The notes below the pieces were generated by a model. It was not told the DNA's origin, made no database searches, and worked only from the letters and a program-made list of their open reading frames with translations. From NCBI GenBank assembly GCA_900128395.1, contig LT649344.1:1-35210 (forward strand): DNA of 35,210 nt, written 5' to 3'. Source of the DNA: Stramenopiles sp. TOSAG23-2. Its lineage: Eukaryota. Below are positions 1-10,382 of this stretch, piece by piece; position 1 is the stretch's first letter, and each line of letters starts with the position of its first letter. The position numbers were made by a program, and so were the translations under genes.

Positions 1-264
1 TGTTAATCCGGAAGTCGGTAGGAAAATATCATATATTGAAGTATAATCATTTGTAATCTAAATCACACAATAAAATATTACCTTAATTTAGTTCAATTTA
101 GAGGTTTTTGATGCAAAATTTCTTTTTGAAAATTTCAATGAAAGCGACAATTCGACAATTCTACAATAAATTAAGGTAATATTTTATTGTGTGATTTAGA
201 TTTAGACTACAAATGATTATACTTCAATATATGATATTTTCCTACCGACTTCCGGATTAACAGG
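1..264. mobile_element. Fold-back element / MITE, left end cut off by the window edge
   Basis: 1-90 is the reverse complement of 167-262 apart from a ~6-bp indel (TTTAGA duplication), around a 76-bp spacer. The right arm continues ...TAACAGG then TA (265-266), compatible with a TA target site. No ORF. Confidence 0.7.
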
Positions 265-399
265 TACACAGGACTGGTTATTGACAATGAACAAATAACC
301 AGTGCTGTGTAGGCGCACCACTTTTATGGATAATGAACCCGATTATTAGGAACATCTGGTGCCACCACACAGTAGTCGTCATTAGTGAAGCTATAAATA

Positions 400-611
400 A
401 TAAAACTCAAATATAGAAGAATAAATAACGACATATCATCATATTAGAACAAGAGATGCAATACATACATACATACCTGCATAAAAGAAACAGGTACAAC
501 ATTATATAAAACTCAAATATAGAAGAATAAATAACGACATATCATCATATTAGAACAAGAGATGCAATACATACATACATACCTGCATAAAAGAAACAGG
601 TACAACATTAT
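400..611 (+). repeat. 106-bp perfect tandem duplication
   Basis: 400-505 repeated at 506-611. Confidence 0.9.
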
Positions 612-726
612 TATATTGTACATTGTACACAAAATTTTTCTACTACCATTTCTGTATTGTTTTATAACGTATTAAAGTTTATTAATTTTGAAACAGAAAA
701 AGTAATAGATCTATACACACTAACAA

Positions 727-1350
727 ATGTCTGATCCAATGCATATTTGTAACTCTATGATGAGTCACTCTTATACAAACGCTGTACATAATTTACCACA
801 ATATTTTCAATATTCCAAAGGACATGCACATGCTAAACATGCCAGTGCCTCTTTGCCACCGCAGCAGCGGCAAGACCAGCAATATTTTAAACCGGTATCA
901 CCATCACGAAATAAACCTAGCTCTTTGAATACGCAATTGTACACCGCTGAAAATTTTATGAAGATTAGTTCTCCTCGCCGTGGCTGCTATATATACAATT
1001 CAAATAATGAAATATCTACTGCTAATAATAGTGAAAGCGAAACAAAGGAACCAAACGGTGACATGGAAGTGGATGATACAAACTCCAGTACAAATCTGTT
1101 AACAGTTACGGTTCAACAAAATTTTTGCCATAATAATTATAAGTCACAGCAACAGCGTGTTACAAAACGAAAACAATTTCATGATGAAAATAGTAATTTA
1201 TTTGTCGAAGAATATCCAAACCTGAAAAAACGACAAAGAAGGTTAGTCGTACCAAACTTTGGAAATAATTATAATGATCAAACAAATCATGTTCATATTA
1301 CTGACACTGCCAGAAATAATAACATAATGCAATTGGGTGTATTTAACTAA
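727..1350 (+). CDS. Hypothetical low-complexity N/Q/S-rich protein (207 aa) with basic NLS-like motifs
   Basis: ATG after ACAA; 207-codon ORF in AT-rich DNA; KRKQF and KKRQRR motifs. No family recognised. Confidence 0.6.
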   Translation: MSDPMHICNSMMSHSYTNAVHNLPQYFQYSKGHAHAKHASASLPPQQRQDQQYFKPVSPSRNKPSSLNTQLYTAENFMKISSPRRGCYIYNSNNEISTANNSESETKEPNGDMEVDDTNSSTNLLTVTVQQNFCHNNYKSQQQRVTKRKQFHDENSNLFVEEYPNLKKRQRRLVVPNFGNNYNDQTNHVHITDTARNNNIMQLGVFN

Positions 1351-1360
1351 AAAATTGCGC

Positions 1361-1574
1361 GCTGCGAACGTTATAAATTCTAATAATGATATCATGTGAT
1401 CTATCATATCATATGCATATGCATACGAATAATATTTTTTTCTTTTTTCCCTTATCACACACCTTTGGCTGCGAACGTTATAAATTCTAATAATGATATC
1501 ATGTGATCTATCATATCATATGCATATGCATACGAATAATATTTTTTTCTTTTTTCCCTTATCACACACCTTTG
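1361..1574 (+). repeat. 107-bp perfect tandem duplication
   Basis: 1361-1467 repeated at 1468-1574. Confidence 0.9.
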
Positions 1575-1625
1575 AACAATACACGGTTTTCAATTGATGC
1601 ATATAAAATATAATGTGTTAATTGC

Positions 1626-1815
1626 ATCTATTTACCTCCACCAATGTTTTTATATCTTAAAATTATTGGCACACTCTGTGGATTTCAATTGAACTCTATC
1701 GCAATGTTACGATTCATTGTCCATCTTTCAGTTTTAGTGAGATAGATTTGTCTCAGTTATTGTATTCTTTCTGGAGAATAGGAATTATCATGTGAGTAAA
1801 TTAAAAAATAAGTTT
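1626..1815 (+). repeat. Dispersed tail-to-tail spacer repeat, copy A (with an internal insert)
   Basis: ATCTATTTACCTCCA head and GTGAGATAGATT...TCAGTTATTGTATTCTT...TAGGAATTATCATGTGAGTAAATTAAAAAATAA tail, shared with copies at 12.7, 13.0, 19.4 and 26.6-26.95 kb. Confidence 0.8.
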
Positions 1816-1900
1816 ATTATGCATTAATTAATACCTTAATATCATATTATATATATAAGCACATAACTATGCATACTCTCAATATGGTAAATTTTCCCAT

Positions 1901-4237
1901 TTATTCAGCCCATGCACCTCGCATTTGAAAATGTGACATAACACCATAATGAAAATATGTAGAATTGCTTTTTTTAATTGCAGTCAGATTTGTATCTAAT
2001 GCCAGTCGCAACGGTTTCTCCAATCCATCATTTGGATCATTTGACCAAACACATGGTGGTAAGCCAACAACATAACCGTTTTCATTCATTACTTCATCAC
2101 CACCATTGCCATAAATAGGTGTTACCAAACAAATGGATTGCCCTGTATCAGCATTGATTAGTTCCATTGAAAGGCATGATGGTGCATGGCAGTGACCACT
2201 GACATGAATCAAATCAATTTCTTGGGATTGTGGGAAGGATGGATAAGATGGCGCGCACATCCATTTACTACGATCACCTTTGCAGTCACTAATAGTATCT
2301 TTGACTTGAAAATTTGATATCAATGTATGTACGCATTCGCGTGGATCTGTCCCTGGAATACATTGTGGAATATCATATTCACCATGATTGAATTCAACTT
2401 CGCGGAACATGAAAAAAACATTTTTTGTAGCAGCAGGGTCAGACACAACAATTGGAGCCTCTTCGTAATAGAACCTAAATTTCAAATAAAATTCATCAAC
2501 TTTAGCGGGCAAGTTTTGATTTGCATCGAGTAAATGTACATGGTGGTGGCAACATGTCATTCCACCCCTGTATGTCCTAATGTCACAACTAGGATTTTGT
2601 TGCTCAATCAAGTTTGGGTTAAAACAATCTGAGGTCCATGGCAACCCGTTAATACTGCCTCCTTCATGTTCACTTTCACATAAGCAGACCGGGGCTCCTA
2701 CTTCAACCAGCATTAATGCAGATCCTCCACGGGTATTTCCGTGGTATGCAAATGTTGGAGTGCTACCAATAGCAGCTATAAGATTCAAAGCAGATGCACC
2801 AACCTTAAATGCATAATGCTCAGAATCAGATCCCACTAAAGGACGTTGAATCGTAACCGTGCGCATCTCGCCTTTTACTACATCTGAAATGATATCAAAG
2901 TTCTTAGATGAAGGCAAAATTTTACCAGGTGCATGATTTGCTAAACGTCTTTCTGTAATGATTGCCTTCTTGCCTTTTGAAGATGGGGGTTGAACAACAA
3001 TTGTATATGGTGTATCGGCCATAGCTTTTGCATCAAAACCAACACCAAACCAAACGTCTGACGGGCCAGTAAGCACTATCGTTGCATTCTTTGTTCTTTC
3101 ATTCAAATCTAATGAAACGTTGACATACTTTGAACCTGGGCCAAAAAAATTGGAACCTAATACAATACTCTCGTGTCCAGTACTTCTCGTTGGACGTCCG
3201 GACTTATCACCACACTGTGCTGTAGATGAAGTATCATTGTTATAATAAACTTCATAACCTTTCGGAGTACCAATTACATAACATCCCAAAGGTTCAGTAG
3301 CATCTGTGACACTATTATTTCCAAGTACGTCAAAACCGCTACTGGCATAAATCAACGAAGATGCTGTGAAGCATTCTTCTGCACCCTTAATCAACGTAGA
3401 TGCTGCGCAAATTCCTTGTGTTCGTGGAGTATGACCAGTAAATACCTTCCTCACGCGAGTTGTGCATGGACATTCAAGCAACCCAGAATATTCAGCACCT
3501 TCAGGTGCTCGTGAACCTTTGCTAATCCATCCTGGCATTTCTCCACCTTTTGGTAATGGTCCACCTCTCTTGCCCCAATTGGGTGTGTCTGGATTGTTCG
3601 TATTGATCATCATAAAATTTGGGGAGAAAGATGTTGGAGATTCCAAATATTGCGCATACCCTTTAGGCATCCATTTAAACGTTCTTCTATGTTCGTTTCC
3701 ATTCCCTTCAACAAACATTTGCATTACCGGTACTATGCTATCAGGATCTGCACCAGGCAGGGTTTGGGCTTGCCATTGAGGGGCGTGTCTATGAGCCATA
3801 ATATCTCGTTCATCTAAATATGTTTGTCGACCAACGAATGCCATTTTCGACTCGTTACCAAGCAGTGAAACCGCATAATGGTGGTTGTATTGCTCATAGC
3901 AAGGCACGGAAGCATATTTGCCTGAAGTTTGATTAATACGAACTACATCGGCTTCATAACCGACGAAACCTACAGTTTTACCAGCATATTTTTCAACAAA
4001 TTCTGCTGGTAGTGGGACTGGATCTTGCTGTGTCCAAAAAACTTCAGAATAAGTCGTTCTTATTGGATGTGACAGTAACTCGATAAACTTTCCTCTATGT
4101 GGTGGTGCAAGCTTTCCGTTTGCAAGCAAATATGGAAATTTTTTATTCATAGGTACAATATTCGCATACGCAAAAGCATATTTTAAATAGCTAGTTGAAA
4201 GGCCAATAAAGATGGCGAAGATAAAGAAGTATTTCAT
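1901..4237 (-). CDS. Secreted SURNod19-like / copper type II monooxygenase-like protein with an inserted DOMON domain (778 aa)
   Basis: Hydrophobic N-terminal signal peptide. SURNod19-like motifs YNHHY, GGMTCCH, FYLKFRFYY, EYDIPQC, GHCH, ICLVTPIYG, NENGYVVG and HYGVM. DOMON signature TIVLTGPSDVWFGVGF..AM and LIAAIG..FAYH at ~aa 370-510. Confidence 0.75.
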   Translation of the reverse strand: MKYFFIFAIFIGLSTSYLKYAFAYANIVPMNKKFPYLLANGKLAPPHRGKFIELLSHPIRTTYSEVFWTQQDPVPLPAEFVEKYAGKTVGFVGYEADVVRINQTSGKYASVPCYEQYNHHYAVSLLGNESKMAFVGRQTYLDERDIMAHRHAPQWQAQTLPGADPDSIVPVMQMFVEGNGNEHRRTFKWMPKGYAQYLESPTSFSPNFMMINTNNPDTPNWGKRGGPLPKGGEMPGWISKGSRAPEGAEYSGLLECPCTTRVRKVFTGHTPRTQGICAASTLIKGAEECFTASSLIYASSGFDVLGNNSVTDATEPLGCYVIGTPKGYEVYYNNDTSSTAQCGDKSGRPTRSTGHESIVLGSNFFGPGSKYVNVSLDLNERTKNATIVLTGPSDVWFGVGFDAKAMADTPYTIVVQPPSSKGKKAIITERRLANHAPGKILPSSKNFDIISDVVKGEMRTVTIQRPLVGSDSEHYAFKVGASALNLIAAIGSTPTFAYHGNTRGGSALMLVEVGAPVCLCESEHEGGSINGLPWTSDCFNPNLIEQQNPSCDIRTYRGGMTCCHHHVHLLDANQNLPAKVDEFYLKFRFYYEEAPIVVSDPAATKNVFFMFREVEFNHGEYDIPQCIPGTDPRECVHTLISNFQVKDTISDCKGDRSKWMCAPSYPSFPQSQEIDLIHVSGHCHAPSCLSMELINADTGQSICLVTPIYGNGGDEVMNENGYVVGLPPCVWSNDPNDGLEKPLRLALDTNLTAIKKSNSTYFHYGVMSHFQMRGAWAE

Positions 4238-4724
4238 GGCAATAAGAACTTTAATATATATATACGTGTATGATAATGCTCTTGATGATAATAGGCGATA
4301 ATGTAAATGTATACAATTTGAATCTATCTCACTTGTCTATCCATCAATTATTATCTAATATATTATACTGCATGTGCATGTACATACTCTAGGTATTATA
4401 AAACAGCAATTAGTGCATTATTACTATCCTAACAACTATATATATATTTTTAATTAATAATAATAAATATTTTCCATCATGCACTCTATTATTATTATTT
4501 GAATAATATAAATAATACCAGGTATCATATTAAATATGTAGGAGGTAATAGTACCGGTACCTTAATATGCACTCCAGCACTCTCCACCTGGTGGTAATGT
4601 ATTATAAATGGCACCGCGGTAGTTAGTTAATAATAGCACTATGTACAATATAGTTCAATATCGCCACCACTCCAGCACTGTAAAAAAGAAGAAGAAGAGA
4701 CAAATAATAATAATAATACAAATA

Positions 4725-4927
4725 CTTTTCGATGAAGTCCGGCCACCCCACCACACCCCCCCCACACACCACACGAAAAAAAATTCACAAAATAATGGTC
4801 GAAATGGTGAAATGGTGAAATGCCGCGAAAATTCCGGCCACCCCACCACACCCCCCCCACACACCACACGAAAAAAAATTCACAAAATAATGGTCGAAAT
4901 GGTGAAATGGTGAAATGCCGCGAAAAT
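4725..4927 (+). repeat. Left TIR (4725-4822) plus a 95-bp tandem duplication of its inner part
   Basis: Reverse complement of 8718-8815. 4738-4832 is repeated at 4833-4927. Contains a C-rich tract and GAAATGGT sub-repeats. Confidence 0.9.
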
Positions 4928-5154
4928 GATGATGCATAACAACATAAAAGAAAATCAAAATTCAATACTATATACGTATAAAATATATAAAATATATATA
5001 TCATATATAGTATAAACATATCTAGATAGAAAGATAATATATATAGATACTATACATACATATATACATACAGATACCATTTATTGCACATATACATATA
5101 TACGAACAATCATTACATTGAAAACTATACGTCTACAACTTGAGTTTCCCAATA

Positions 5155-7110
5155 ATGTCGACGAACAACGATATCGAAGTGACAGATGAACGAGCATTAT
5201 CATATTTCAAAAACGTGCAGATTTCCAAATTAACCGCGGATATGTTTAACAACATGAAGAAAAAGAAGAAGAAAATTTTACGTAAATTCATACTTGCTCT
5301 ATTCCCATCGATTAAAGATTTAAAATTATTAATATGCGACCTTTTTGATAAACGAGAGACTCAGTTAGACGGTTTAGCCAACGAAGAAGCGGCAGCACGC
5401 TATATTTTATCCAATGTAACCAGTTATAAAAAATTTTTAAAATATTTAAGAATACGTGATACTGTCAAAGATAAATCTGACGAAGAGAGTGATAGCGATG
5501 ATTCATTATCCAGTGGCGATAGTATGCTTGAAGGTTTTGAAGATGATGATGATGATGAGGTAGAATTTCTCGGTACTGCTTCAAATCAATCGGAAAATAA
5601 TAACGATACGAACAAACGTAAAAGCAGCGGTTCTAGTTCATCGTCTTCTTCAAGGTCGTCTAAAAAACCAAAAGTAGAAAAGAAAACTGTATCATTTAAT
5701 GTCACAGTTCATAATCCAGTAAGCTATGAATCATCAAAAACAGGCGAATCGACACTAAAATCAACTAAGATCAATAAAGAAGATAAACCCGTCGGACCAT
5801 TTGGACCCTATGAAAACGTTGATGAGATTGATCTTAATGAAATTTTGTTGGCATTAGATGCGGCATTAAAAGCTCACACTTCAGAATCTATTAAAATTGG
5901 TGCACAAGGAAAGATCTTTTACTATAGGGATAAGAAAACAGGATTCTTGGAATTGGATACAGATGTATTGAAAGCAATGTTAAAAAAATTATTTAATAAA
6001 GCAAAAGATAATGATGGAAAAGTTGGACTTTTCTTACCATTAGCTTTTTCACAATGTAAAGATAACGCGTCTGACGATATAATGTCGAAAGAAGAGATTG
6101 AAACTGCAATTGAGATCCAAAAGTTGAAAAAGACAAAGGTAACAGTAAAAATTGTACCACCGATTGTTTTTAAAAAAAAAACAAACTCATCTACACTTCA
6201 ACGAGTTGTTGATCGTCGATATTTAGTACGTATTACAGAAGTATCCCTCCATGATATTAACGCAAAGTATTTGAGTAAGGAAATTGATGCTGTTGTTGAA
6301 CGGGGAGAATATGAATTACAAGATAACAATTCCTTGGATATGGACAGCAATGATAGTAGCGAGGATGATAGTAGTGAACCTGTACATCAAATTTATTATA
6401 TTATTGTTTTTACAAATGATCAAACACGAAGTTATGTCTTGAATTTTGATGATGGTGAAAGTGATTATGAAAGAATGACAAGATTATTACAAATTGCAGA
6501 AAAGAAAAACATGACATTGATTGTAACATACTTCGACCCGACTCCACCGAAAAGTAAGAATCAACTCACCAACGATTATAATAAAATGTGCAGAAAAGAA
6601 TTACTTGAAGCATTTAATAATCCCAACAGTCAGTTATATAAATCTTTTAATGAAAAAGCGCTTGGATTGATCAGTCAGTTTACATCAATTAAACATAAAG
6701 GAAGATTGCAAAATATTTTAAATGGTGATTTCACAGAACTCAATAATGCCATTCCTTGGGGAACTGTTGGTCTTAAATATTGTCCTGGACCAAAAACGGG
6801 GCAATATGAACATGATGAAAATCCACCAAAGTATGTCCCACCAAGTGACAGTGACAAAAAGAAGGGTGCTAGTTCAAGTGCTTATGAACAACCGGTCTAC
6901 AATATCAACATTGGTTCATTGGATAGTTCAAATAACAATAACAATAACAATAATAATATGGAAGACACTATTCAAAAATTGCTTGAAAAAATTGACAACT
7001 TGGAAGAAAGGATCGACTCTCCTGGAGTTTCTGATCGTTCAAAAGCAACATATGGAAAATTGAAAGACAAATACGAAACTGAATTGGAAAAGTTAGTTAA
7101 TGATCTTTAG
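5155..7110 (+). CDS. Transposon-borne accessory protein of unknown function (651 aa)
   Basis: Uninterrupted ORF wholly between the TIRs; first ATG is 5155 (the ORF track starts at TTG 5140). Acidic tract, basic NLS-like motifs, two internally similar segments and a C-terminal coiled coil. Confidence 0.85.
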   Translation: MSTNNDIEVTDERALSYFKNVQISKLTADMFNNMKKKKKKILRKFILALFPSIKDLKLLICDLFDKRETQLDGLANEEAAARYILSNVTSYKKFLKYLRIRDTVKDKSDEESDSDDSLSSGDSMLEGFEDDDDDEVEFLGTASNQSENNNDTNKRKSSGSSSSSSSRSSKKPKVEKKTVSFNVTVHNPVSYESSKTGESTLKSTKINKEDKPVGPFGPYENVDEIDLNEILLALDAALKAHTSESIKIGAQGKIFYYRDKKTGFLELDTDVLKAMLKKLFNKAKDNDGKVGLFLPLAFSQCKDNASDDIMSKEEIETAIEIQKLKKTKVTVKIVPPIVFKKKTNSSTLQRVVDRRYLVRITEVSLHDINAKYLSKEIDAVVERGEYELQDNNSLDMDSNDSSEDDSSEPVHQIYYIIVFTNDQTRSYVLNFDDGESDYERMTRLLQIAEKKNMTLIVTYFDPTPPKSKNQLTNDYNKMCRKELLEAFNNPNSQLYKSFNEKALGLISQFTSIKHKGRLQNILNGDFTELNNAIPWGTVGLKYCPGPKTGQYEHDENPPKYVPPSDSDKKKGASSSAYEQPVYNINIGSLDSSNNNNNNNNNMEDTIQKLLEKIDNLEERIDSPGVSDRSKATYGKLKDKYETELEKLVNDL

Positions 7111-7398
7111 ACTTTATAAATCTTGATGATATTTGTATTTTTCTAATAATATATATATTATAATATATTTGTAAAAATATTTATGATATGATATAATAAA
7201 AAACAAACAAAACAAAACATGCAACGCCAATAATATTATATTTTTAGGAGTAACGATAAATGATACATACAAAAGTATGATATGATATTATCTAGATTTT
7301 ATTACACACAATATGTAAAAAATAAAAATATAATAAAATACACTACGTACGTAATATATTTTTAATTTACGTATATAATTTATTGTTTTAATTTTAAC

Positions 7399-8532
7399 TC
7401 ATGATAATTCCAATGCTCTTGAAATACCACGTCCAATTCCAATTGCAATATCAAGCCATATTTTTCTTTTCGATGATTCTATTTCGTCCTCTTCTGATGG
7501 AATATAAAATGTTCCTTTGAAACAATGATTAAAGATATTAATTAACTTAGGTCTTGTTACTTGTGCCATTGCTGTATAATATAATTGCGTTTCACTAGTG
7601 GTAAATCGCTTGTATCGTCTCATACCAGCTTTATATATTCTAAATCCATATTCTATAGGATTGATATGTGGGCAATATCTGGCTGTGAAGATTACAATTG
7701 CACCAACACTTTCAACTCTTTCTTGGATATAATTTTGGTCATGCACAGGTGCATTATCTATAATCAACACTGAATTTCTTTCACCTTGTAGAAAATTCCC
7801 CATAACAGGAAGCAAAATATTGTCCAAATAGAAACTAAATGTATCCATATCGACAGTTTCCACTTGCCGATCAATTTGATAACATGCTTCGTGTATAAAA
7901 CCATCCAAATTCATAGCCGCAATCAAGGTAAAACGTTCATCCTTCCGTATAAATCTTCTAATAATTGACGCATCTGATCCTTTTTTGCACCAACCTCTAC
8001 GTCTACGACATGCTTTTTCATCTTTAGCTGTTTCATCAACAAAGATAAATGTTTCTGGGTCTAAATACTTAATTCGCTCCAGAAAGTTCGCCATTTCCAC
8101 TTCGCACCGTTCTTTTGCTTTCCTTTTTAAAAATCGTAATGACAACCCACTACGGCGTAGGTATTTACTAATAGTGGAGGTATGAATTTTCGGTAAACCT
8201 ATACGTCGCATTTCGTCTTGTAGTTCATCCAAGTATAGTTCAGGTTCTCGTAATGCTAAATCATGTAACATTTTTTCTTCTGTTGGAGTTAGTGACCGTT
8301 TTCCAGATTTTCTTTTCCCTGCTTTTTTTCTCGTCACAGCAGGTACTTCGCCATATAGTTTGTAATGTTTTAACCAATCTTGAACAGTGCCACGTTTTAT
8401 CTCGTATGGACATCCGTTTAACACGCCCTTTCTATCACAACGTTGTCTTTGAGATAAATGTAGATTGTCAAAATACCATCGTAAATATTCTAATTGAACA
8501 CGTTCACCGTATTGTTTCTTGCCTTCTGGCAT
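7399..8532 (-). CDS. IS630/Tc1-family DD34E transposase (377 aa)
   Basis: HTH region (PELYLDELQ...IHTSTISKYLRR). Catalytic motifs FIFVDET, LIIDNAPVH and YCPHINPIE, with 34 residues between the second D and the E. Confidence 0.95.
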   Translation of the reverse strand: MPEGKKQYGERVQLEYLRWYFDNLHLSQRQRCDRKGVLNGCPYEIKRGTVQDWLKHYKLYGEVPAVTRKKAGKRKSGKRSLTPTEEKMLHDLALREPELYLDELQDEMRRIGLPKIHTSTISKYLRRSGLSLRFLKRKAKERCEVEMANFLERIKYLDPETFIFVDETAKDEKACRRRRGWCKKGSDASIIRRFIRKDERFTLIAAMNLDGFIHEACYQIDRQVETVDMDTFSFYLDNILLPVMGNFLQGERNSVLIIDNAPVHDQNYIQERVESVGAIVIFTARYCPHINPIEYGFRIYKAGMRRYKRFTTSETQLYYTAMAQVTRPKLINIFNHCFKGTFYIPSEEDEIESSKRKIWLDIAIGIGRGISRALELS

Positions 8533-8717
8533 ATTATAGTGAATATATATATATATGTAAGATGTATCGAATATGTATATGATGTATGTATATCTAATAT
8601 ATATATATATATGTATTGTGTATTATGTATTGTGTATATCGTCTGTATATATCTCTAATATTTTAATATAAATAAATAGTACATCATATTTCATATTTTC
8701 ATTGCTATTTTCGACGA

Positions 8718-8968
8718 CATTTCACCATTTCACCATTTCGACCATTATTTTGTGAATTTTTTTTCGTGTGGTGTGTGGGGGGGGTGTGGTGGGGTGGCCG
8801 GACTTCATCGAAAAGTATTCATATAATCCAATAATAGTAGGCACGTAGTGTGGGATAATAATAATACGTGTGGTGTGTGGGGGGGGTGTGGTGGGGTGGC
8901 CGGACTTCATCGAAAAGTATTCATATAATCCAATAATAGTAGGCACGTAGTGTGGGATAATAATAATA
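8718..8968 (-). repeat. Right TIR (8718-8815) plus a 102-bp tandem duplication spanning the TIR end and flank
   Basis: Reverse complement of 4725-4822. 8765-8866 is repeated at 8867-8968. Confidence 0.9.
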
Positions 8969-9250
8969 AATAATCATCCTCTATTTATTATAAAAAAATG
9001 CCATACGGCGAGGGCCCTACATTTGTTTTTTAAGGGGTGTGAGTTAGGATGAGGTGATTTTTGTATTAGCTGCAATTCTGGCCGGGCTGGCAATGTTTGT
9101 AAAGTCAATAAATTTAGCACAATTTCACTAATATTTAGAAATGAGTGCTAAAATCGTAAATAGCGGAAGGCTACCATTGCTGTACTATAATTCATTTTTT
9201 ATACTGTTGGTTTTAACATTTCACCCTATGTGACATTTTTCAATTTTAAG

Positions 9251-10220
9251 ACCTGCTGTATACCTACTATTTTATGGTGATTTGTGACATATAACACCTG
9301 CTGTGTACCTGGGAAAATTCGGAGAAATATCGCCTGCTGTGTACCTGGGAAAATTCGCAGAAATATCGTCTGCTGTGTACCTGAGAGAAATCGAAATATC
9401 CAATTCGTAGACCCTGCTGTGTCCATGTAATATTAAGGTATATCCGAATTAAAGTTACAGACTCCCAATTAGTACGTCCCTCTCCACCTCCACTAGTCAT
9501 ATAGATAGGTCAAGTTTAATACTTTAACAGTATTATTATTTATACTAGAAACAATTTAAACCACTTTATGTTAATAATCCTTAAAATGAGGACCCTTGTG
9601 ACGTAACAACTAATGTAGGGGATATTTAAATATATATAATATTCCCTGCCCTGATGTGTGTGTATAGGGGTATTAACGAAGCAAGATAACAAAGAAGAGA
9701 CTTGGAAGAAATAAATATTTAAGGAAATTAGTAATAAAATAAATATAGTATAAAAAGTATAAATTATTATATTAGACTCTGTAGCTTTAAATCTATATAT
9801 GTATAAAATATATAACTGTGTGTATACACATCAAAGGGTGGATAAAGATTATTAGAATTAAAACACTAGTCTAAGCATATAGGAAAAGTGATTTTAAGTA
9901 TAAAAGTCTGACATGTACCACCTGTGTGTATGGTAGAGGAATTAGAATTAAAAAACTAGTCTAAGCATATAGGAAAAGTGGTTTTAAGTATAAAAGTCTG
10001 ACATGTACCACCTGTGTGTATGGTAGAGGAATGTCATTTTAATACTATGGATACAGCAGGTATTTTGTACATGAATATAGACACAGCAGGTCTTTTGTAC
10101 ATGAATATAGACACAGCAGGTCTTTTGTACATGAATATAGACACAGCAGGTATTTTGTACAGTCCCTGCTATGTACGGCGTAGAGAATTCCGCTGTCATT
10201 AACAGGTAAATAGCAGGTAA
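9251..10220. repeat. Oppositely oriented arrays of a CCTGCTGTGT motif (possible non-autonomous DNA transposon)
   Basis: Five + copies at 9251-9426, three of them in 36-bp units from 9297. Four - copies (ACACAGCAGG) in 30-bp units at 10051-10161. A 90-bp tandem duplication with 2 mismatches lies between them (9851-10032). Confidence 0.6.
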
Positions 10221-10382
10221 AGCGTGACAAATTTGTGGTGATTTCAGTGCTGTGTTGCTGCTGTTAGTAAAGTGGAAAACATATTTTATTGACAATGAGA
10301 ATTTTGTACAGTCCATTTATTGACAATGAAAATCAATTTTTTCACCTTAAATTTTTCCTTGTTTAACGACATTACGACATTT

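Larger units (their letters stand above)
4725..8815. mobile_element. IS630/Tc1/mariner-superfamily DNA transposon with two convergent ORFs
   Basis: 98-bp TIRs at 4725-4822 and 8718-8815 (CTTTTCGATGAAGTCCGGCC...), TA on both outer sides (4723-4724, 8816-8817), and an internal DD34E transposase. Confidence 0.93.

Noticed and set aside
4639-5019. Short ORFs over the left TIR (and 8722-8946, 9226-9500, 9984-10316)
   Set aside because: They are translations of TIR or tandem repeat DNA.
5155-7398. ORF2 as a Fanzor/TnpB nuclease with an omegaRNA
   Set aside because: No RuvC DPG/E/D motifs or CxxC zinc finger. The ORF ends mid-element in an AT-rich spacer with no evident structure, not at a transposon end.
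8867-8917. Second outer TIR end as a nested or second transposon
   Set aside because: It is part of a 102-bp duplication that also copies flanking DNA, like the other window-wide duplications.
9297-10161. 36-bp and 30-bp periodic repeats as a CRISPR array
   Set aside because: Units are contiguous and near-identical with no unique spacers; no cas genes; eukaryotic context.
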